26,422 nt of DNA, taken from a bacterium (GTDB lineage: Bacteria > Patescibacteriota > Minisyncoccia > UBA6257 > GWB1-50-10). Made by a program: the position numbers and the translations under genes. The DNA is taken from the NCBI GenBank assembly GCA_021791135.1, contig JAJYXD010000076.1:1-26422 (forward strand), in the 5' to 3' direction. Each line of letters starts with the position of its first letter. Positions within the stretch are counted from its first letter, which is position 1. The notes below the pieces were generated by a model, which did no database searches, was not told the DNA's origin, and was given only the letters and a program-made list of their open reading frames with translations. Of this stretch, positions 8,683 through 16,996 are shown one piece after another.

Positions 8683-10458
8683 GTGAATCAGGAAAACGAA
8701 GCTTGTCAAAACTGTAAATCCGAGTTTACGATCGAACCGGACGATTTTGCGTTCTACGAGCGCATCCAGGTGCCGCCGCCGACGTTTTGCCCCGAGTGCC
8801 GCCTCCAGCGGCGTTTTATGTTCCGAAACGAACGGCACCTCTATAAACGTACGTGCGACAACTGCAAAAAATCGATGCTTGCGACCATTCCAAACGAAAG
8901 TCCGTACAAGGTATTCTGCGGCTCGTGTTGGTGGGGCGACAAGTGGAATCCACTCGACTATGGCAGAGCATATGATCCGAAGAGACCTTTCTTCGAGCAG
9001 CTCAAGGAACTTTTTCTCGACGTTCCCGTTGTGGCGCTCGGTAATAACTATCCCACGCTTACCGACAGCGAGTACGTGAATGAAACCGGGTCCGCAAAAA
9101 GTTGTTATCTTATCTTCGATGCGGATTTTTGTGAACACGTGCGTTACGGCACCCGCCTCACCTCCATCAAGGACTCGATGGATCTCTTGAGCGTAAACGA
9201 ATCGGAACTTTGTTACGAAGATGTGAACTGCCGCAAGTCGGCGCGCCTTTTCTTTTCCGAGGACTGCAGTGACTGCATCGACGTGTACTTTTCGAAAAAC
9301 CTTGCCGGATGCACCAACTGCTTCGGGTGCGTGAACCTCCGGAACAAGAGTAATTATCTTTGGAACAATCCGCTCTCCGCGGAAGAATATCAGAAAGAAA
9401 TCGGGGTGTTGAAAAACATTCTTGCCACCGCGAGCGGAGCGGAAGAACTTCGCAGGAAGGCAAGAAAAATATGGGAATCGGTGCCGCATAAGTTCCTTCA
9501 CGGATTCAACAACGCGAACGTCTCCGGCGACTACCTCTACAACTCGAAAAATGCGAGGGATTCTTTCCAGGCGCGCGGACTCGAAGACTCAAGGTTTTGC
9601 CAGCTTATCAAGGACGGAGGAGTGAAAGACGCCTACGATTACACGATCTGGGGCAGCAACGTACGGCTCGTATACGAATGCATTGATGTGGGGGCGGGGG
9701 CGAATAACGTAAAATTCAGCTTTGTATGCGCGCTCGGCAACACGATGAATACCAATTATTCCGTCTGGTGTCTCGATGTGGCGAATCTCTTCGGCTGCAG
9801 CGGCATCAGAAATAAAAAGTACTGCATTCTGAACCGCGAGTATTCGCCCGAAGAATATGAGATTCTGCGGAAACAAATTATCATCGATATGGAACGGAAC
9901 CCCTACGTCGATTCGAAAGGAAGGGTATGGAAGTATGGGGAGTTTCTTCCTTACCATTTTTCTTTCTACGCCTACAACGAGACGGACGCGTTCGAGCATT
10001 TTCCGATCGACAAATCGACGGCAATCGAGAATGGCTGGCGATGGCGCGAGGAAACGCCGCCGGAACATCCGATTACGACAAAGGCAGGAGAGTTACCGGA
10101 GAAAATCTCCGACGCGAAAGATGAAATCACCAAGGAAGTCATCCAATGCGCCGTCTGCGGGCGTGGCTACAGGATTATTCCCGCGGATCTCGACTTTCTG
10201 AGGAGATTCTCGTCTCCCCTCCCCCGGCTTTGTCCGAACTGCCGACATACGCGGCGTTTCGAACGGATGAACCCGATGCGGTTATGGACGAGAAAATGTC
10301 AGTGTGACGGGAAGAGTTCAGAGCATGGTATGTACGCAAATATTGGGGTTCATGCTCACGGCGATACGTCATGTCCTAACGAATTCGAGACGAGCTATGC
10401 GCCCGATCAGCCGGAAATTGTATACTGTGGAAGTTGTTACCAAACGGAAGTAATATAA
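8683..10458 (+). CDS. Cys-rich putative zinc-binding protein, paralog 1
   Basis: N-terminal CQNC...PPPTFCPECR; central CSDCIDVYFSKNLAGCTNCFGCVNLRNK repeats; C-terminal CPNEFETSYAPDQPEIVYCGSCY. Confidence 0.9.
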   Translation: MNQENEACQNCKSEFTIEPDDFAFYERIQVPPPTFCPECRLQRRFMFRNERHLYKRTCDNCKKSMLATIPNESPYKVFCGSCWWGDKWNPLDYGRAYDPKRPFFEQLKELFLDVPVVALGNNYPTLTDSEYVNETGSAKSCYLIFDADFCEHVRYGTRLTSIKDSMDLLSVNESELCYEDVNCRKSARLFFSEDCSDCIDVYFSKNLAGCTNCFGCVNLRNKSNYLWNNPLSAEEYQKEIGVLKNILATASGAEELRRKARKIWESVPHKFLHGFNNANVSGDYLYNSKNARDSFQARGLEDSRFCQLIKDGGVKDAYDYTIWGSNVRLVYECIDVGAGANNVKFSFVCALGNTMNTNYSVWCLDVANLFGCSGIRNKKYCILNREYSPEEYEILRKQIIIDMERNPYVDSKGRVWKYGEFLPYHFSFYAYNETDAFEHFPIDKSTAIENGWRWREETPPEHPITTKAGELPEKISDAKDEITKEVIQCAVCGRGYRIIPADLDFLRRFSSPLPRLCPNCRHTRRFERMNPMRLWTRKCQCDGKSSEHGMYANIGVHAHGDTSCPNEFETSYAPDQPEIVYCGSCYQTEVI

Positions 10459-10464
10459 CAAATC

Positions 10465-12192
10465 ATGAACACCGAAACACGCACCTGTAAGAATTGCAAT
10501 CAAAAATTCATAATCGAACCGGACGATTTCTCGTTCTATAAAAAGATTGATGTGCCGCCGCCGACATTTTGTCCGGACTGCAGACAACGGCGACGGATGA
10601 CATGGCGCAATGATTATCATTTTTACCCGCGTGAGTGCGCGCTATGTGAAAACCGGGTGCTTTCCATTTATTCTCCCGACAAGCCGGCTCCGGTATACTG
10701 CCCCAAATGCTGGTGGGGAGACAAATGGGATGCAAAGGACTATGGAAAGTCGCTCGATACTAACGAGCCGTTCTTTCCACAATTCAAGGCATTACTCAAT
10801 AAGGTACCGACACTCGCCATCTTGAACGACGACGGGATCGCAAGCGTCAATTGCCAATACACAAACTACTTCGCACTCGGGAAGAACTGCTATATGGTCA
10901 TCAACTCATGGAAAGTCGAGGAGTGCATGTACTCGGTCTGCCTCGTGAGAGCGAAGAACGTGCTCGACTCGGCGGTAATTCTCGAGGGCGGCGAACATCT
11001 CTATCACGCGATCAACGTCGAGGGGTCATTTCACTCCCGCTACGTATTCAATTCCGTGGGCCTCATGAACTGCGCGTACTGCTACGACTGCCGGAACTCG
11101 TCGAACTGTTTCATGTCGATCGGACTCCGCAACAAACAGTATTGTTTTAAGAACGAACAATATCGGAAAGAAGAGTACGAGAAGATCCTCGAGGATTACT
11201 CACTTCACACATGGAGCGGCGCGGAACGGGCGCGAAAAGAATTCAAGGAACTTATCCTCCATTACCCGCGGAAGTTCGCGAACATCACGACGAGCGTAAA
11301 TTGCACCGGGAACTATCTCATGAACTCGAAGAACGCGAAACACTGTTATATCACCGTCCGGGTCGAGAACTCGAAATACTTTGAACGAGGCGATACGATA
11401 CGGGACAGCTACGATTGCTTGAGTGGAGGCGAGCAGGAGCTGTGCTACGACTCCATCAATCCCGACAACTCCTATATGACGCTTTTCACGAGCTACTGTC
11501 ATAAGGACAACGACGTGCGCTACAGCGACAGCTGCCAATCGTCGGAACACTGTTTTGGGTGCGTAGGGCTAAAGAGCGCCAAATACTGCATCTTGAACAA
11601 ACAGTATTCAAAAGAAGAATACGAGAAGACCGTTCCTCTTCTCGTGAAAAAAATGAAGGAGCGCGGGGAGTATGGAGAATTTTTCCCCTCTACACTCTCC
11701 CCTTTCTGCTACAACGAGTCGGTCGCACAGGACGAATTTCCGAAAGAGAAGAGTGGGGCCGTGGGAGAGGGGTTCTCGTGGCAGGATAATTTCACTAAGA
11801 CGGAGGGAAAAGAAACTCTTACGGATATTCCCGACAGCATCGATCAAGTCACCGACGATATTCTCCAAAACGTCTTGTCTTGTATCGCGTGCAAAAGGAA
11901 TTATCGCATCACGGAGCAGGAACTCCGTTTTTACCGACAAAACAGAATTCCCGTTCCCCGCGCATGCTTTTTCTGCCGACTCACCGAGCTTTATAAAGAA
12001 CGCGGCCCCGTGCACCTCTGGATTCGCAGGTGCCAATGTACGGGAGAAAAGAGCAGTAACGAAGCATATAAAAATACTATTGGGCATTTTCACGGCGACA
12101 AACCTTGCCCCAATGAGTTCGAGACAAGTTACGCTCCCGATCGGCCGGAGATCGTATATTGCGAGCAGTGCTATCAGGCGGAAGTAGTATGA
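10465..12192 (+). CDS. Cys-rich putative zinc-binding protein, paralog 2
   Basis: Same architecture: CKNC..PPPTFCPDCR, CAYCYDCRNSSNCFMSIGLRNK, CPNEFETSYAPDRPEIVYCEQCY. Confidence 0.9.
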   Translation: MNTETRTCKNCNQKFIIEPDDFSFYKKIDVPPPTFCPDCRQRRRMTWRNDYHFYPRECALCENRVLSIYSPDKPAPVYCPKCWWGDKWDAKDYGKSLDTNEPFFPQFKALLNKVPTLAILNDDGIASVNCQYTNYFALGKNCYMVINSWKVEECMYSVCLVRAKNVLDSAVILEGGEHLYHAINVEGSFHSRYVFNSVGLMNCAYCYDCRNSSNCFMSIGLRNKQYCFKNEQYRKEEYEKILEDYSLHTWSGAERARKEFKELILHYPRKFANITTSVNCTGNYLMNSKNAKHCYITVRVENSKYFERGDTIRDSYDCLSGGEQELCYDSINPDNSYMTLFTSYCHKDNDVRYSDSCQSSEHCFGCVGLKSAKYCILNKQYSKEEYEKTVPLLVKKMKERGEYGEFFPSTLSPFCYNESVAQDEFPKEKSGAVGEGFSWQDNFTKTEGKETLTDIPDSIDQVTDDILQNVLSCIACKRNYRITEQELRFYRQNRIPVPRACFFCRLTELYKERGPVHLWIRRCQCTGEKSSNEAYKNTIGHFHGDKPCPNEFETSYAPDRPEIVYCEQCYQAEVV

Positions 12193-13955
12193 CAAATACA
12201 TCCGAAGAAAAAATCTGTCAGAACTGTAAACAGCCGTTCGTCGTCGAACCGGATGATTTTTTGTTCTACAAAAAGATTAACGTTCCACCACCGACGTTTT
12301 GTTGGAAGTGCCGCTTTCAAAGACGACTTGCGTGGAGAAATGAACGCACGCTATTCCGAGGTAAAAGCGCAAAGTCTGGAAAGGAAATCCTGACGATAGT
12401 ACCCCCTAATTCGAAAATTTCTGTATTTGATGAGAGTGAATGGTGGAGTGATTCGTGGAATCCACTGGAGTATGGGAAAGAATATGATTTTTCTAAACCT
12501 TTTTTTGAACAATTTGCCTCCCTGCTTAGATCAGTTCCTTTTATGAGTCGTAATGTGACCCAGATGGTAAACAGCGACTATAGCGCAAACTCCGGCTTCC
12601 TGAAAAATTGCTACCTGCTCTTCAATGCCACCTCGGACGAGGATTGTGCGTACGGAGTCGGGGTGAATTCCTCACGATTTTGCTTCGATAATTGCAACAT
12701 CGAGAAATGCGAGCGATGTTATCAATCATTCTGGATAACGAGCTGTTACCAGACACATTTTTCCATACAATGCACTGATTGCGTAAAAGTGATGTTTTCG
12801 AAGAGTTGTCGCGGATGCAGCAACTGTATTGGATGTGTGAATCTTACGAATAAACAATATTGCATCTTCAACATTCAATATTCAAAAGGCGAGTATGAAA
12901 GAAGAGTTTCTAGTTTCAGGCTCGACACATGGACCAGGTTACTCAAGATGGAAGAGGAGGCCCATCGAATGTGGTTGTCATTTCCCAATAGATACATCCA
13001 AGGAACCCACAATATTAACGTAACCGGTGCTTATGTAACGGATTCAAAGAATGTGAAATGCGGGTATTTCATACGGGAAAGCAAGGATTGTAAATACTGC
13101 CAATATCTACAAGATCCCCACAATGAAGACGCTCACGATATAACTATCTGGGGAGGTAACATCCAACTCTCATATGAAAATGCTCTTTGTGGTTACGGCA
13201 CGGCTCGCACTAAATTTTGTATTAATTGCTACGACGAAATACATGATTTGGAGTATTGTGCATTTTCGGGTTCGTCGTCGGACCTTTTTGGGTGTGTCGG
13301 TCTCCGCAATAAACAGTATTGCATCTTGAACAAACAATACGACAAGGAAACGTATCACAATCTAAAGAAGAAAATCATCAATCATATGAATATACTCCCT
13401 TACACCGACAAGAGGGGAAGGGTTTACAAGTACGGTGAATTCTTTCCAATAGAACTATCTCCTTACGGCTATAACAACACTATCGCAATGGAACATTTCC
13501 CCATGACAAAGGACGCACTACTACAAGAAGGTTACGGCTGGATAGAAAATGATACACACTCCTTCAGTGCTACACTAAAGGCAAATGATCTTACAGACTC
13601 GATAAAAGACGCGGAAGATAAAATTCTCGATGAGTTCATAACTTGTTCGGAATGCGAATCGGTGTTCCGTGTTATAAAGAGCGAATTAGTGTTTTTAAGA
13701 GAAGAGGGAATCCCCCTCCCGAGAAGCTGCGCTGAATGCCGCCACAAGAAAAGGATTTTGAACAGGGAGAAAGCCTTTCTTTTCGCACATAAATGTGGAT
13801 GTACCGGAACGGTATCGAGAAACGGGGAGTATAAGAACAATATCAATCATTTTCACGGTAACAACCCGTGCCCGAACGAATTCGAAACCTCGTATTCCCC
13901 CGATCGACCGGAAATCGTGTACTGCGAGCAGTGTTATCAATCTGAGATAGTATAG
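12189..13955 (+). CDS. Cys-rich putative zinc-binding protein, paralog 3
   Basis: ATG 12189 overlaps the upstream TGA (ATGA); same motif set. Confidence 0.9.
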   Translation: MTNTSEEKICQNCKQPFVVEPDDFLFYKKINVPPPTFCWKCRFQRRLAWRNERTLFRGKSAKSGKEILTIVPPNSKISVFDESEWWSDSWNPLEYGKEYDFSKPFFEQFASLLRSVPFMSRNVTQMVNSDYSANSGFLKNCYLLFNATSDEDCAYGVGVNSSRFCFDNCNIEKCERCYQSFWITSCYQTHFSIQCTDCVKVMFSKSCRGCSNCIGCVNLTNKQYCIFNIQYSKGEYERRVSSFRLDTWTRLLKMEEEAHRMWLSFPNRYIQGTHNINVTGAYVTDSKNVKCGYFIRESKDCKYCQYLQDPHNEDAHDITIWGGNIQLSYENALCGYGTARTKFCINCYDEIHDLEYCAFSGSSSDLFGCVGLRNKQYCILNKQYDKETYHNLKKKIINHMNILPYTDKRGRVYKYGEFFPIELSPYGYNNTIAMEHFPMTKDALLQEGYGWIENDTHSFSATLKANDLTDSIKDAEDKILDEFITCSECESVFRVIKSELVFLREEGIPLPRSCAECRHKKRILNREKAFLFAHKCGCTGTVSRNGEYKNNINHFHGNNPCPNEFETSYSPDRPEIVYCEQCYQSEIV

Positions 13956-13969
13956 ATTAGGTTCTCCTA

Positions 13970-14049
13970 TCGCACCGCGCTCCTCCGAACGAGGGTAAGA
14001 CTCGGCCAAGCGGCCCGGAGCGCCCGAGCTGAGGAGGAGCGCGGTGCGA
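13970..14049. repeat. GC-rich 17-bp perfect inverted repeat with structured 46-nt interior
   Basis: TCGCACCGCGCTCCTCC (13970-13986) and GGAGGAGCGCGGTGCGA (14033-14049). Confidence 0.85.
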
Positions 14050-14051
14050 AG

Positions 14052-14081
14052 TTGCTATTTCCGACGACAATTCGGTATAAT
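14052..14081 (+). promoter_or_regulatory. sigma70 promoter for pyrH (probably leaderless mRNA)
   Basis: TTGCTA-N18-TATAAT, 7 nt before ATG 14089, no SD. Confidence 0.6.
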
Positions 14082-14088
14082 CCTCTCG

Positions 14089-14781
14089 ATGCGATATCCC
14101 ATCGGAAAAACGGTCGTGATCGCCCTCGGGGGATCTGTTATTTATCCCGATGCGATCGATATTTCGTTTCTCCGTGAGTTCAAAAAATTCGTGTTGTCGT
14201 TCACCCCAAAAGGGTGGCGTTTTGTTTTGGTAACGGGCGGAGGACACGTAGCCCGCGTGTATCAGCAGGCGGCGGCCAAACTCACGGTACTTACCGATGA
14301 AGATCAGGATTGGCTCGGCATTCACGCAACGCGCACGAACGCCCATCTCATCAGAACCATCTTTAGAGACATCGCGAATCCCGTAGTGGTGGATGCACGA
14401 CACAAGGTCAAAGCACTGACCCACCCCGTGACCGTGGGAGGGGGTTGGCATCCGGGCTGGTCAACCGACTACGTCGCGCTCGCGCTCGCAAGTGATCTCC
14501 ACATTCCCGAGGTAATCATTGCGGGAAAGCCGGCGTATGTGTACGACAAGGATCCCCACAAGTTCAAAGGAGCGAAGCCGATTTCAGAGTGTTCATGGAA
14601 GGAATATCAAACTCTTATTCCAAGGAAATGGTCTCCCGGGTTTCACTCCCCCGTCGATCCGATCGCGGCGAAACTCGGAGCAGAAACCGGCACGCGCGCG
14701 ATTATCGTAAACGGAAAAGATTTGAAGAATCTCAAAGCACTCCTACTCGGCAAGGATTTCGAGGGAACAATTATCTCTTAG
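14089..14781 (+). CDS. pyrH: UMP kinase (short, archaeal-like type)
   Basis: VIALGGSVI, LVTGGGHVARVYQ, DWLGIHATRTNA, GGWHPGWSTDYVA, YVYDKDP, PVDPIAAKL. Confidence 0.92.
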   Translation: MRYPIGKTVVIALGGSVIYPDAIDISFLREFKKFVLSFTPKGWRFVLVTGGGHVARVYQQAAAKLTVLTDEDQDWLGIHATRTNAHLIRTIFRDIANPVVVDARHKVKALTHPVTVGGGWHPGWSTDYVALALASDLHIPEVIIAGKPAYVYDKDPHKFKGAKPISECSWKEYQTLIPRKWSPGFHSPVDPIAAKLGAETGTRAIIVNGKDLKNLKALLLGKDFEGTIIS

Positions 14782-14832
14782 CGGCGCGGACTGGAAGAAA
14801 ATAGGAAAGCCGCATATAATGCTTCAGTTCTT

Positions 14833-14904
14833 GGTCCCGTCGTCTAATGGTCAGGACAGTGCCCTTTCACGGCATAAATAGGGGTTCGATTCCCCTCGGG
14901 ACTA
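14833..14904 (+). tRNA. tRNA-Glu(TTC)
   Basis: GGTCCCG/CGGGACT acceptor, GTGCC-CT-TTC-AC-GGCAT, AGGGG-TTCGATT-CCCCT. Confidence 0.95.
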
Positions 14905-14985
14905 CAAATTGAAATGCTCACTCTCGTGGTGGGCATTTCGATTTCTATATTCCCCTTAAAGTCGCAACGTTGTACAATCAAACCA

Positions 14986-15462
14986 ATGACGCAAGAGCAA
15001 AAGAACGAAATCAGGTGGGAAGCCGCCGAGTACGAATTCGTGCCGAAAAGTACAAAGTGGCATACAGAAATCGGAGTTGCAACGCTTGTACTTGTAGGTA
15101 TCGCCCTTTGGCAGCAAAATTTCTTTTTTGCAATCTTTATTTTAATCGCAGGAATCATGGTGGTAATTCTCGGAAACCGTCATCCGGAGATAATCGAGTT
15201 CGTCCTGAACGAAGACGGGATTCACATCGGTGAGGCGGCCTCTTACCCCTTCGAGAAACTCGAGAGTTTCAGCCTCCGCGAACGACCACATCGCTCCGAT
15301 GAACTTATTTTAAAAAGAAAGACCGCGATGAACCAACTCATTCATATCCCCATCGAACCGGAGATGGTGGGTAAAATGCGTTCTTTTTTGGAAGAACACC
15401 TTCCCCAGGAAGAACACGAGCCCTCGGTTCTCGAAAGTATCACGGACCTCCTCGGGTTCTGA
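14986..15462 (+). CDS. Conserved membrane hypothetical protein (2 TM plus soluble domain)
   Basis: IRWEAAEYEFVPKSTKW, TM pair, then IEFVLNEDGIHIG..YPFEKLESF; TACAAT 7 nt before ATG. Confidence 0.8.
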   Translation: MTQEQKNEIRWEAAEYEFVPKSTKWHTEIGVATLVLVGIALWQQNFFFAIFILIAGIMVVILGNRHPEIIEFVLNEDGIHIGEAASYPFEKLESFSLRERPHRSDELILKRKTAMNQLIHIPIEPEMVGKMRSFLEEHLPQEEHEPSVLESITDLLGF

Positions 15463-15506
15463 ACTTTGCTCGTCCCCGATTTTGATGTAGAATCAAAATC
15501 TGAAAA

Positions 15507-15578
15507 GTCCCCATAGCTCAACGGATAGAACGCAGCCCTGCGAAGGCTGAGATCGAGGTTCGATTCCTCGTGGGGACA
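15507..15578 (+). tRNA. tRNA-Arg(GCG)
   Basis: GTCCCCA/TGGGGAC acceptor, CAGCC-CT-GCG-AA-GGCTG, CGAGG-TTCGATT-CCTCG. Confidence 0.93.
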
Positions 15579-15641
15579 CAAATATAATCTTGTTTGGTAA
15601 GGGGATTAGTAATCCTCTTCTTGTTCATATATGATTAGACT

Positions 15642-16325
15642 GTGGTTGACTTAAAATTAGTAGAGCCGAAAGATTTTTGGTATGTGGTTGGTCTTATAGT
15701 CACTGATGGTAACCTAAGTAAGGATGGGAGACATATTGATATCACATCAAAAGAGATATCTCATCTTGAGAAGGTAGCGAACGCCTTATTTTTCAAAAAT
15801 CCCATTGCTTCAAAATACAGCGGAAGAAATAGAGAAAAGACTTATTTTCGTTTACAATTCAGCGATGCAAAGCTTTATAGATATTTGCAAAATATTGGTA
15901 TTACTCCTCGAAAATCACTAACGTTGCGCGATATTAAAATCAATGAAAGATATTTCAGAGATTTTCTAAGAGGGGTTATTGACGGAGATGGGTCGATCTG
16001 TGTATGGAAACATAGAACCAACGGACACCAGCAGTGGTCACTTAGAATAGTTTCTGCTGCACCAATATTCAGTAAGTGGATAAAGGAAGAAATAGAAACA
16101 CACTATAAAGTGAGGGGTCGATTGCATGTCCGCGCACATGATGAAAAGAGAAATAATCTTCATATAATAAAATTCGGAAAATTGGCAGCGAAGGTAATCT
16201 TATCTGATATATACTATAAAGGCGCGCTCTTTTTAGATTCGAAACACAAAAGACATTTAGAATGTTTACAAGATGAATCTAAAATGATTAAATACGGTGA
16301 AGTTCTAAGAGCCCGGGTGTCGTAA
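15642..16325 (+). CDS. Double-motif LAGLIDADG homing-endonuclease-like protein
   Basis: YVVGLIVTDGN and FLRGVIDGDGS motifs; AT-rich; ends 15 nt inside tRNA-Leu. Confidence 0.88.
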   Translation: MVDLKLVEPKDFWYVVGLIVTDGNLSKDGRHIDITSKEISHLEKVANALFFKNPIASKYSGRNREKTYFRLQFSDAKLYRYLQNIGITPRKSLTLRDIKINERYFRDFLRGVIDGDGSICVWKHRTNGHQQWSLRIVSAAPIFSKWIKEEIETHYKVRGRLHVRAHDEKRNNLHIIKFGKLAAKVILSDIYYKGALFLDSKHKRHLECLQDESKMIKYGEVLRARVS

Positions 16326-16396
16326 TAGGTAGCCGAGAGGGACTTAAAATCCCTTGGAGATAATACTCCGTGCCGGTTCGAGTCCGGCCCCGGGCA
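16311..16396 (+). tRNA. tRNA-Leu(TAA)
   Basis: GCCCGGG/CCCGGGC acceptor, AGGGA-CT-TAA-AA-TCCCT, long variable arm, GCCGG-TTCGAGT-CCGGC. Confidence 0.95.
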
Positions 16397-16397
16397 C

Positions 16398-16429
16398 AAA
16401 AAGAAAATCCCTTTCGGGGTTTTTCTTTT
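16398..16429. terminator. Bidirectional terminator between tRNA-Leu and def
   Basis: A-run, AAATCCC-TTTC-GGGGTTT, T-run. Confidence 0.65.
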
Positions 16430-16979
16430 ATACTCTTTTCTCGAGTTCTTTTTGTGTTACAAGCGTCCGCATGTCATCCATCCGGTCTACGTAGAGGATA
16501 CCGTTCAGGTGATCTATTTCGTGCTGGAAGACGCGGGCGTGATATCCCTTAAGTTTTCTTAAAATTTTCTTTCCCGAAGCATCTTCACACTCAACCGTAA
16601 TTTCTTTATATCTCGGCACGAGACCGCGGACACTTTCCAAACTTAAACATCCTTCCCAGTCGTACTCCATCTTCCTGGAGTGCGAGATGATTCTCGGGTT
16701 TACGATAACGGTTTTTGCGAGCGGTGCTGCGTCGGGGCGTAGCTTTGTCTTCCTGGCCTCGATTACCGCAAACGACATATCCCTCCCCACCTGCGGGGCG
16801 GCAAGCCCTACGCCGTTTGCGGCGTGCATCGTGGAAAACATCTTTCTTACGAGCGCGGTAAATGTTCTCGTACGGAGCATGGCCGCGGGGATTTTTTTCT
16901 GCTTTTTTCTTAGAATCGGGTTCCCGAACTGGGTAATCCGCAATACTTTTCCGGATGGGCTTTGCTTCTTTTTCTTCAT
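16428..16979 (-). CDS. def: Peptide deformylase
   Basis: GVGLAAPQVG, EGCLS and QHEIDHLNG motifs. Confidence 0.97.
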   Translation of the reverse strand: MKKKKQSPSGKVLRITQFGNPILRKKQKKIPAAMLRTRTFTALVRKMFSTMHAANGVGLAAPQVGRDMSFAVIEARKTKLRPDAAPLAKTVIVNPRIISHSRKMEYDWEGCLSLESVRGLVPRYKEITVECEDASGKKILRKLKGYHARVFQHEIDHLNGILYVDRMDDMRTLVTQKELEKRV

Positions 16980-16996
16980 ACCCAAAGAATACCACG

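Noticed and set aside
8623-9501. 292-aa antisense ORF, and similar ones at 4570-5226, 11608-12201, 1715-2233 and 23493-24038
   Set aside because: They shadow well-supported genes on the opposite strand and have no motifs of their own.
10370-13955. Similar 3' ends of the three Cys-rich genes as DGR variable/template repeats
   Set aside because: Differences are mostly synonymous third-position changes involving all four bases, not adenine-specific; no reverse transcriptase or non-coding template repeat in the window.
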